DNA of 63,932 nucleotides, the filler included, from Octopus bimaculoides (taxonomy: Eukaryota): the NCBI RefSeq assembly GCF_001194135.2. It is 7 parts of 6 records of this genome, joined end to end, with 100 filler letters (N's around TTAATTAATTAA, not from the genome) between each part and the next. Parts side by side here need not be neighbours in the genome. Positions count along the whole stretch, not along the records: positions 1 to 27,486 come from NC_069001.1; 6 more parts are not named here. One strand, written 5' to 3'. Under the pieces are notes generated by a model. The model was not told where the DNA came from. It searched no databases and saw nothing but the letters and a program-made list of their open reading frames with translations. This document shows, piece by piece, positions 12,566 through 22,650 of this stretch. The position numbers and the translations under genes are program-made. Every line of letters starts with the position of its first letter. The first letter of the stretch is position 1.

Positions 12566-15500
12566 CTGAAACGAAAGAGAAAAATGCTTTCAGTAAAAAG
12601 AAATATATACACATGTACATCGCAAATATATACACTCATATGTACCATGCATACAAAGTTAGACATCAACTGTCCATAATTGCCTACACAGCCTTATCAT
12701 AATTTGCTATACACAGAAGAGATGCAAATGTAACTGAAGCCAATAGATCTATCTACTGTTTAGCCCCGGGCAGCAATGCAACAGCACTCAACCACTTTCT
12801 CTGGCCATGGACCCCTTTGATTCCTGTTCTACTCTCCTGGAACTCCATAGCCATTCAATGTACATAAAATAAAATTGTATTTTTCCAAGTAAATATTATT
12901 AGGAGTTCTGTAAAGACAAAGACAACCAGTATGTCTATGTATGCCAAAGCAGGTTGGATGGGGTGACACACTGCTCCGCAGAGTCTGTCGCATGAAGGAA
13001 AACTGAAAAACCTCTCCTGCCATGCCAATCATGGGGGATAAAATAACTTGGAAACCAAAGCGTATTCTCTAATTCAACAGACATTGTGTAAATAACCTAA
13101 TCTATTTCCCTAAAAACCAAAACTTCACATATGTCTGATTGAAGAAAAACATGTAACAGATGACAGCAAGCCACCAGTCTCTACCTGAGCAATACAACCC
13201 AAAGGAAAAGTTATGTAGCAGGTGAGTGCGAGACACCAGTCATTCAACATTAAGAAAGAGGTTGCACTGGGTCCATACGCCTTAATCCTGACAGTTTAAT
13301 CTCCTTCCCTGGGTACAATCACAACTGACACGGTCAACTGACCAATGTGTACACACTGGTCATAATGACTACAGCTGGACACTGATGTACAGGAAGGTAT
13401 TTCATATGACACAAAAGTAGTTTTAGCAATTTTAAATAAACATATATACAAGTGACAAAAATAATTGTACAAATTGATTTCACAGACCATCTCACAGTCT
13501 TTTAGTAAAAACAAATACTGACCTACGTTAGAGAAAGAGAAAGACGAGTGAAGTAAAGTGGAAGAGATTTGAATACAATTTCCTATCCAACAGTTGAAAT
13601 GAATGTAGCAGGAAACAGTGAGACACCAGTCAATTTAGTCACTGCACTGGGTCTAGTCAATCCTGACTGTTAATGTTCCTCCCTCTGTTTAATCACAACT
13701 GACAGTCAATGGCCAGTATATATATATATACATACATATATATATATACACCTGTCATTACTGAACACAATGACTACAGTCAGACATAGCATGCACAGGA
13801 AGGTATATATAAATTATACACAAATACAAATCTAAAGCGAGCAAGACATAGGCGTCCATGCCAATTGACAGAATGGAATTTGTTGAATAAAATTAGAGCA
13901 ACAATGAAAACGTTATCATCTCTATCTTAATATGAATAAACTTAATTTACTGAAACTATAGCTAAGTATAATGAGGTTATTTAAACATGCAAGTATAGAT
14001 GTAAGGCTACAATACCAAACTGCGATTATTACAACAACCTGCAGTGCTAAAAATAGTGGTAAATATGTTAATCAGAAGTAACTTTATCAGCTTCATTGAA
14101 GACACTACACCAAGTCCTATAAAATAGTACGCCAATACAACCTAGTTGAAATCTATGTAGCAGGTGAGTGCGAGACACCAGTCATTCAACATTAAGAAAG
14201 AGGTTGCACTGGGTCCATACGTCTTAATCCTGACAGTTTAATCTCCTTCCCTGGGTACAATCACAACTGACACGGTCAACTGACCAATGCAAAAACACTG
14301 GACATAATGACTACAGTTGGACACTGATGTACAGGAAGGTATTTTTAAATATTAACTTTATTATTATTATACACTGACCACAAAAAAATTGTTTTCAAGT
14401 GATCTAAATTTAAAACCAAAATTAACACAAAGTCTGCCTATTTCAATAGAAATATNNNNNNNNNNNNNNNNNNNNNNNNNNNNNNNNNNNNNNNNNNNNN
14501 NNNNNNNNNNNNNNNNNNNNNNNNNNNNNNNNNNNNNNNNNNNNNNNNNNNNNNNNNNNNNNNNNNNNNNNNNNNNNNNNNNNNNNNNNNNNNNNNNNNN
14601 NNNNNNNNNNNNNNNNNNNNNNNNNNNNNNNNNNNNNNNNNNNNNNNNNNNNNNNNNNNNNNNNNNNNNNNNNNNNNNNNNNNNNNNNNNNNNNNNNNNN
14701 NNNNNNNNNNNNNNNNNNNNNNNNNNNNNNNNNNNNNNNNNNNNNNNNNNNNNNNNNNNNNNNNNNNNNNNNNNNNNNNNNNNNNNNNNNNNNNNNNNNN
14801 NNNNNNNNNNNNNNNNNNNNNNNNNNNNNNNNNNNNNNNNNNNNNNNNNNNNNNNNNNNNNNNNNNNNNNNNNNNNNNNNNNNNNNNNNNNNNNNNNNNN
14901 NNNNNNNNNNNNNNNNNNNNNNNNNNNNNNNNNNNNNNNNNNNNNNNNNNNNNNNNNNNNNNNNNNNNNNNNNNNNNNNNNNNNNNNNNNNNNNNNNNNN
15001 NNNNNNNNNNNNNNNNNNNNNNNNNNNNNNNNNNNNNNNNNNNNNNNNNNNNNNNNNNNNNNNNNNNNNNNNNNNNNNNNNNNNNNNNNNNNNNNNNNNN
15101 NNNNNNNNNNNNNNNNNNNNNNNNNNNNNNNNNNNNNNNNNNNNNNNNNNNNNNNNNNNNNNNNNNNNNNNNNNNNNNNNNNNNNNNNNNNNNNNNNNNN
15201 NNNNNNNNNNNNNNNNNNNNNNNNNNNNNNNNNNNNNNNNNNNNNNNNNNNNNNNNNNNNNNNNNNNNNNNNNNTTGTAGGATGAAGTTTTAGAAGGAAA
15301 AGAAATTTAAAGTGTAAAAGATCAGATTACCAAGGGAAAATCCCTCCCAGATTTATCTCAACTAATAAACACAGAAAAAGCAACGAAAGATGGAGGGTGT
15401 GAGCAGAGAAACCAACCAGTTGCACACCCCATTCTAAATGGCGTTTAGCTACATCCCACAAGCATAAACTGGAAAGAATGGCCCATGCCCCACCCAGCAA

Positions 15501-18500
15501 AGGCTCAATTCTCAGCCAACTTCACAGAGGAAATCAAATGATTATCATAGAACAAATTCCTCGTACAAAAAAAAAAAAAAAACCCCCATTGTGTCCCCTT
15601 CCATGCTGAAGAGGACATTCCATTAAAAGAGATGTTGAAGTGGGGAGAGGAGAGAGAGAGAGAGAAAAGGAAGAGTACAGATGAGCCTTTGGGTGACCCC
15701 TATTATTCTAGTATAAATAGGATACATTTTGAATGTCAGTACATGACATATGAAGCCGGATAGATTTCTGGCAATGTATGCCAAGTAAACGTACAATTTG
15801 TGAAGCATGTATTAGGCAATACTGTGGTATGATTAAATCGTGCTACAGTAATTGTAAACAGAAAAGATCAGCAGTTGGGTTAGCTTTACGTTTGCTATTT
15901 CATGCTTGCATGGGTTAGACGAATGTGCTAGTGGGACATTGTTTTACAACTAGATTTCTTTCCTGTTGCAAGCTGCTACACATTCAAGTAAAGGTAATCT
16001 TATTCCACATGGCTTTGAAGTGGATGATTTGTTCACAAGAGATATATAGTAACAAACGGCTACTCATATTATATACCTACCACAGCAATTCAAGCCAAAT
16101 GAAAAGATATGTAGCAGATGAGTGTGAGACACCAGCCATTCAACATTAAGAGGTTGCACTGGGTCCATACGTCTAAATCATGACAGTTCAATCTCCTTCC
16201 CCAGGTACAATCACAACTGACCAATGTATACACACTGGCCACTGATGTACAGGAAGGTACATTCCCCATTATATAAATTCCTCAGCCCAACCAGACCGTC
16301 TTTAAGCCAAATCAATGTAAATTAGTGAAATAAACTAGAAGTGATTTGAATACAGTTTCCACATTCAACAGCTGAAATAATGTAGCAGGCAACAATGAGA
16401 CGCCAGTTAATGTAGTGACTGTACTGGGTCTAGTCAATCCTAAGTGTTAATGTTCCCCCTGCCCTTTGTATGATCACAACTGACACAATCAATGGCCAGT
16501 GTATATACACACATACACTGGACACACTACAGCCAGACAAAGAATGCACAGGAAGGTATATAAAACTATATGAAAGCAATATCAATAAATCAAATCTTAA
16601 TGAGATTTTAAGTTTTCATTTCAATCCTGGCACAAAGTTTGCTAATCAAAAAAAAAGAGTTCATTGCTGAATGAAATCAGAGCAACATTTCTATGTCAAC
16701 ATCAATAAACTTAAATTTACTAAAATAATAGTTAATTAAATAAGTGTGTATAAATTAAGTTGCATTTAAGAAATTACACAATGCCCATTGAATGCTCAGG
16801 TTTTATATGCTATCAGACCTCAATGGTAATAGCAGTAAGACACCAGTTAGCCAACAATGAGAAGACATCGATCCTTTAGCATTCAGATTACTGACAAACA
16901 TAAAGCTTATTTATTCAGTTTTAAATTATCTCATAGCTTTGAAATTTCAACAACATAATTCCTTTTAGAATGATATAGTAGTGTAGGTTTGAGAGGTCAG
17001 ATATGGCCAAGTTAAATGGGAAAGGATTACGTTTCCATACTAACCCTAACAAGTTGTTGCTAAATGAAATCAAAACAGAACAGCAAAACAAAGAAAATTT
17101 CCTGAAACTATGATTCTTTGATGACATTTCACCAAATTTCGTGTTCTCACATCAATATAAACCAGCTGGAAGGTGTTCCAGGTGAGTGCGAGACACCAGT
17201 CATTCAACATTAAGAAAGAGGTTGCACTGGGTCCATACGTCTTAATCCTGACAGTTTAATCTCCTTCCCTGGGTACAATCACAACTGACACGGTCAACTG
17301 ACCAATGCAAAAACACTGGACATAATGACTACAGCTGGACACTGATGTACAGGAAGGTATTTCATATGACACAAAAGTAGTTTTAGCAATTTTAAATAAA
17401 CATATATACAAGTGACAAAAATAATTGTANNNNNNNNNNNNNNNNNNNNNNNNNNNNNNNNNNNNNNNNNNNNNNNNNNNNNNNNNNNNNNNNNNNNNNN
17501 NNNNNNNNNNNNNNNNNNNNNNNNNNNNNNNNNNNNNNNNNNNNNNNNNNNNNNNNNNNNNNNNNNNNNNNNNNNNNNNNNNNNNNNNNNNNNNNNNNNN
17601 NNNNNNNNNNNNNNNNNNNNNNNNNNNNNNNNNNNNNNNNNNNNNNNNNNNNNNNNNNNNNNNNNNNNNNNNNNNNNNNNNNNNNNNNNNNNNNNNNNNN
17701 NNNNNNNNNNNNNNNNNNNNNNNNNNNNNNNNNNNNNNNNNNNNNNNNNNNNNNNNNNNNNNNNNNNNNNNNNNNNNNNNNNNNNNNNNNNNNNNNNNNN
17801 NNNNNNNNNNNNNNNNNNNNNNNNNNNNNNNNNNNNNNNNNNNNNNNNNNNNNNNNNNNNNNNNNNNNNNNNNNNNNNNNNNNNNNNNNNNNNNNNNNNN
17901 NNNNNNNNNNNNNNNNNNNNNNNNNNNNNNNNNNNNNNNNNNNNNNNNNNNNNNNNNNNNNNNNNNNNNNNNNNNNNNNNNNNNNNNNNNNNNNNNNNNN
18001 NNNNNNNNNNNNNNNNNNNNNNNNNNNNNNNNNNNNNNNNNNNNNNNNNNNNNNNNNNNNNNNNNNNNNNNNNNNNNNNNNNNNNNNNNNNNNNNNNNNN
18101 NNNNNNNNNNNNNNNNNNNNNNNNNNNNNNNNNNNNNNNNNNNNNNNNNNNNNNNNNNNNNNNNNNNNNNNNNNNNNNNNNNNNNNNNNNNNNNNNNNNN
18201 NNNNNNNNNNNNNNNNNNNNNNNNNNNNNNNNNNNNNNNNNNNNNNNNNNNNNNNNNNNNNNNNNNNNNNNNNNNNNNNNNNNNNNNNNNNNNNNNNNNN
18301 NNNNNNNNNNNNNNNNNNNNNNNNNNNNNNNNNNNNNNNNNNNNNNNNNNNNNNNTAAACTTAATTTACTGAAACTATAGCTAATGACTACAGCTGGACA
18401 CTGATGTACAAAAAGGTATTATTGCTATTACTGCATGATACAAAATATAAACAAGAAATGCAACCAGTTACTTGAACACACAACATTACCATCTGCAGTA

Positions 18501-21500
18501 TTGTCGATAAAGGAAGATCTACTTCCATTGTCAACACTGACCGATAATAACTAAGTTACTTACAATAAAGAAAAATATGAAAAGGGGTTCTGCTTTTATG
18601 AAAACCACGGGACTATTATTGCATATAAGCTGATCAATGTTATTTCAGGGCAGCAAGCGACTTTTTGATTAGCAAAGTACAACACTATTGATGATCACCA
18701 CCATTGAAGACCAGACCGTGCAACTAACGAAATCCCAAGCATATTTACCACAACGTTCTTAGTAAGATGAAGAAGGATATAAGGGTTAAAATAATTTTGT
18801 AATGCTACTGATACGATTATGAAACCCCTCTACCCATCCTACCTTACCTGAACAAATAATACACAATATTTCCTGATGCAGAAGAATAACAGCAGTTTAA
18901 CAAGATCACACAATGGACACTAGTCTAGACAGCCTCTGACCTAAGCTGGCTAGTTCTAAACTGAAACCGCATTACTGGTTCTATACTGCTTAAGGAATTG
19001 TAGTTACTACCCTAAATTTACATTTATTTATAAAGATATTCAACACCAATAATGAAATAGAACAATCGATATGTGGCAGGTAAGTGCGAGACACCAGTCA
19101 TTCAACATTAAGAAAGAGGTTGCACTGGGTCCATACGTCTTGATCCTGACAGTTTAATCTCCTTCCCTGGGTACAATCACAACTGACACGGTCAACTGAC
19201 CAATGTGTACACACTGGTCATAATGACTACAGCTGGACACTGATGTACAGGAAGGTGTTGGTGCAACAACAAAATGAATGTCTGTTCAAATAAACAGAAA
19301 GTAGGAAGAATAAAATAGGACTTGCCTTCTTTTTCTTGTCACCTCCAAGCTCGAAGTGCTTACACCGTTTAATTGGCAGTTGTTTCCTATATTTGCATTC
19401 TGTACACTCCATTCGAAGGACAATTTTCTTGGTGGTTTTAGCCTAGAGAAACACGAAAAGTAATTTCTCACATCTCGAACTCATAACACTGGAAAAGGCA
19501 GCTAACATAAAACTCGAGCCATTGAGCAAGAGAACACATTAAAAAAGACATACGTACCTTTTTGTGAAAGATAGGTTTGGTCTGACCACCATAACCTCTT
19601 TGTTTTCTATCGTAACGTCTCTTACCTACAAATAAACAGAACATTTTAATTCCAATATATAAGACAAAACACAATAACAATCTAGGATCTGATTCTCAGT
19701 TAACTGAATTATTCTAAAGAGTCCTTCCCTACAAGGATACAGTAGTTGTCTCCCTATTGCCATAATTTCTCACTCAAATGAGAGAAACCACAGGAGTTCC
19801 TAGTAAGGGATCCATCTCCCTAAATGAAGCAAGGATTCGCTTAATACTAAAACAGTTAATGAATGAAATGGAATCACAGATATGCAACAATTACGCTTTA
19901 CAAAGTCGGCATTAAGTCTTTCTAACTCTTACAAATATCAAAATAATTTTGACAAAAGAAGGGACGTAACTACGTTAATTACAAATTGGATATACAAAAG
20001 GGGCATGGTTTAGAAAGAGCAGAGAAAAGTCGAGACATTAATGTCTTGCTTGTAAGATTATTACTAGAATATATATATATATATCAACGAGCTTTGGAAG
20101 GATAGACAATTTTAAGACCGTGAATTCATAAGACTCGTTGGCGACAAATAAGTGCTAGGCTCAAAGCAACATGTACGTTGTCGAATGAAACACCTTCCTC
20201 CTGCTTCGATTTAACTATGTGTTATTTACCCCTTAACAAAATTCTTAAATACAGAATCCCTAATATTTATAATGAAGGTTACCAACACAGCCTCTACTGT
20301 GTAGATGAAGACCGCTCTTATTAAGGACCCTTAATAGAATGAGCAGGGAACAGGATTTACACGTCCTGAGAACTATCCTACTTTGACCATTTTACTTAAC
20401 ATTCCTCAGGATTTCTATATTTCATTTCTAAATTCGACTACGTGGACGCATATAAATACATGCTGGCTAATCATTTCAACTGAGATAAACACGATCGTCA
20501 GTCGGAGTAAATCGATTACATACACTATGAACATTAAATAGTGGCGTTTTGGAATCGCTCTCCCTTGAAGTTTCATAAAAGTTAGCCCTCTCCTTTTTTG
20601 AAAAAGTACTCATGTATTTCATACAACAAAGAATTGTGATTTTGAAAAATACTGACAGTTGCTAAAGGATCTCAGGAAGTTTCTCATACCATGCGAATGG
20701 TAGCAAGTTAATTTGGCATCAAAACAGTTGTTCAAACCAAACCAACAGCCAACTTTATGCTTGTTAAATTCACTTGCACCACAACTCATGAGAATATCTA
20801 CCACAAGTCTAGTTCTTGTGTCGCAGCCTGTGCGCCTTAATGCCAACCCTAGCCCTTGAGCAACACCAACACAATGCAAGCTCCTTGGATGGCCAGTACC
20901 AGACAGGTCAAAGATTAAGGCCTGACTAATACGGACAGCCCCTTCCTAGAAGCAAAAATCGGTTTGCATAGGGCCAACAACCCTACAAAGAGAAAAGTAA
21001 AGTTTCCAAGGCCTGGGGACAGCTCAGAGCTGAGAACAGTGGAGAAAGGTCGCCAATGGCCCATAGTCCATAAGGAATGAAAGTCCTAAGTAATACCTAC
21101 TTATGATTATAATACTACATCACTTCTTCGTGGATCATTAGATGCATCGTGCAGAGATAACAGTAAACATACAAATACAACTTTGGGTCTTACCTTGGGC
21201 ACATAGTGAGGCTTTACCAGCCTTGTACTGTGAAACCTTGTGAAGAGTATGTTTCCTGCACTTTTTACCTTTGCAGTAGGTCCGCCGGGTTTTGGGGACG
21301 TTCACCTGCGAGACAAAATATAAATATAAAATTTAGGGAACAAATCTTTACAGAAACTAGATTAAGTTGAGTATGTTGATGTGGTAATGATGGATGCATA
21401 ACGAAAATTAAGGCCTTAAACTTCACTGGTAAATTACGGGTGATTTATTTACCAAAATTCGTTCAACCAATATTCTTTAAAACAAGGGACAGTTTGACTG

Positions 21501-22628
21501 CTAAGAATAACAGTCAGATATCCCTGCAATGATGTCATTCCTGATATAAACAAAACATGGTCGTGGGTGGAATACATTTGACTATAAGGCCTGCCTGTTC
21601 GACGAGTCACCCTGAGTCGTAAGGTTTCCTCTGCTCGATACGGACAAACCCGAGCGTAGATACTAACACTTGAACTCGGGTACATTATACCCTTGTTTCT
21701 CTTTCAATAAAAATTCACTTTTGTAAAAACTGCTGACTAAACCATTGCTCGTTCAAATTTTAGATGAGTTACAAAAAAAATCCCGAAACTGCAAGAGACC
21801 TCTTGAATGTTGATTTTCGGGTACTACTTAAATGCAGGTACGCAGACGTACCCTAAAAACTAATCCTCCCCTACGTATCATGCATCGGAACCTGTGTTTA
21901 AGTAGTGGAGATTTTCAATGGTTTTTATAAGCATTTCCATCCACTAACTCATTACTTTCAAAGTTTGTGCTAGATCAATCAACTATATATATATGTGTGT
22001 GTGTATTGAAGGACGTTTGTTATAATTGGGAAATGGAATCAATACATCCAAGTCGAAGGTCTTCACCAAGAAGCCAGAACTTCTGAAATCTGACAAGCTT
22101 CTAGATTTCGAAAAGTATATACCTACCTATACATATATATTTATATACATACAAAAGCTTGTTTAATGCTGATAAACTGTATAAATTCATGGTATTTAGT
22201 ATTAATAAATCCATCAGATACAATATTTTTCAAGTAGAAAGCTGACACCATGTGATTATATACATTAAAATATCAGCACTAAAAGCTTATTATAAATAAT
22301 AATTATACACAATAGATATTAACTGGCAAAACTAACATAACATTAAAAGTATGTTCTCAAAATTTTTGAAAGATAAGGGTAAAATTTAAAAGAAAAACAT
22401 ATTTAAGCTTTGAACCTGCAACAACTGTACAAGTTTCTAGACTCAAACATGGAGAAAAATTTTGCATATAAAACCTTTTAGGCTCAGCTTTAGAATACGT
22501 AAATTTCATAAAATGGAACAAAACAGACCTATATGTGTTAATAAAAAGGTTTAAGGTGAATATATATTCTAAAGGATGCAAGATGGTAAGAGATTAATCT
22601 GGAAAAATTAGAAACGTGTACTCACCAT
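12545..22628 (-). CDS. RPL36A: 60S ribosomal protein L36a/L44 (eL42), 5 coding exons, 106 aa
   Basis: Exons 22626-22628 (ATG), 21194-21305, 19558-19625, 19326-19442, 12545-12565 splice to [106 protein letters not shown]. The last intron needs a GC donor. Confidence 0.97.
13151..13179 (-). pseudogene. Relic of the 3' end of an H/ACA-like unit
   Basis: ATGTAACAGATGACAGCAAGCCACCAGTC aligns without gaps to ATGTAGCAGGTGAGTGCGAGACACCAGTC at 22 of 29 positions. Confidence 0.5.
13211..13398 (-). ncRNA. Candidate intronic box H/ACA RNA, type A, copy A1 (188 nt)
   Basis: Hairpin 1 closed by CCTTCCTG/CAGGGAAGG; H box AGATTA (13297-13302); hairpin 2 with CAGG/CCTG lower stem, internal loop and GAC-CCAGT/ACTGG-T-GTC upper stem; ACA at 13214-13216, 14-15 nt from the upper stem. 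Confidence 0.7.
13601..13804 (-). ncRNA. Candidate intronic box H/ACA RNA, type B, copy B1 (204 nt)
   Basis: Same scaffold (ACCTTCCTGT start, GTCAGTTGTGAT, GACCCAGT/ACTGGTGTC); H box ACATTA; ACA at 13604-13606; different pocket (TTGACT/CACTGTT); (TA)n expansion in the apex of hairpin 1. Confidence 0.65.
14153..14340 (-). ncRNA. Candidate H/ACA RNA, type A, copy A2
   Basis: Near-identical to A1; H box AGATTA; ACA at 14156-14158; flanks differ from A1. Confidence 0.68.
16107..16258 (-). ncRNA. Degenerate type A copy A3 (152 nt), possible pseudogene
   Basis: Internal deletion in hairpin 1; H box changed to AGATTG; weakened lower stem of hairpin 2; ACA kept at 16110-16112. Confidence 0.5.
16378..16557 (-). 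ncRNA. Candidate H/ACA RNA, type B, copy B2 (180 nt)
   Basis: H box ACATTA; ACA at 16381-16383; pocket TTGACT/CATTGTT; diverged from B1 with many substitutions that still allow G-U pairing. Confidence 0.63.
17171..17358 (-). ncRNA. Candidate H/ACA RNA, type A, copy A4
   Basis: Near-identical to A1/A2. The 3' tail reads CCTG-GA-ACA instead of CCTG-CT-ACA, so ACA is kept at the same spacing. Confidence 0.62.
18383..18417 (-). pseudogene. Relic of the 5' end of a type A unit
   Basis: AATGACTACAGCTGGACACTGATGTACAAAAAGGT (+ strand) matches the end of A copies and is fused to the spacer sequence seen at ~13918-13944. Confidence 0.6.
19069..19256 (-). ncRNA. Candidate H/ACA RNA, type A, copy A5 (closest to the GC donor)
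   Basis: Full scaffold; H box AGATTA; tail CCTG-CC-ACA (ACA 19072-19074); starts about 70 nt into the intron. Confidence 0.7.
19326..19442 (-). CDS. RPL36A: RPL36A exon 4
   Basis: ctctag|[39 protein letters not shown]|GCAAGT. Confidence 0.97.
19558..19625 (-). CDS. RPL36A: RPL36A exon 3
   Basis: tgtag|(G)[22 protein letters not shown]|GTACGT. Confidence 0.97.
21194..21305 (-). CDS. RPL36A: RPL36A exon 2
   Basis: ctcgcag|[38 protein letters not shown]|GTAAGA. Confidence 0.97.
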
Positions 22629-22650
22629 TTTCAACGCTTAGCGGAAGAGG
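22626..22650 (-). promoter_or_regulatory. RPL36A: RPL36A exon 1: 5' TOP/TCT-type start plus initiator ATG
   Basis: Minus strand CCTCTTCCGCTAAGCGTTGAAAATG|GTGAGT: a pyrimidine tract, a short UTR and an ATG-only exon, the usual architecture of ribosomal protein genes. Confidence 0.8.

Noticed and set aside
12905-13025. Hairpin GCAGG..CCTGC followed by a short hairpin and ACA in the RPL36A last intron
   Set aside because: No ANANNA box in the hinge and the second hairpin has no pocket; insufficient for a snoRNA call.
17040-17050. CTAACCCTAAC, identical to the vertebrate telomerase RNA template
   Set aside because: It is on the strand opposite the H/ACA units, with no pseudoknot or CR4/5-like sequence nearby; an 11-mer is compatible with chance.
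17359-17429. Copy A4 right flank identical to the A1 flank (13399-13470) up to a gap
   Set aside because: Not treated as separate biology. It may be a very recent duplication or a repeat placed twice at a gap edge, so the copy number carries this caveat.
13211-19256. Reading the RPL36A intronic repeats as a CRISPR array or a SINE family
   Set aside because: Eukaryotic context; units are 150-205 nt with long irregular spacers. They are confined to one intron and one orientation, with no A/B boxes, tails or TSDs.
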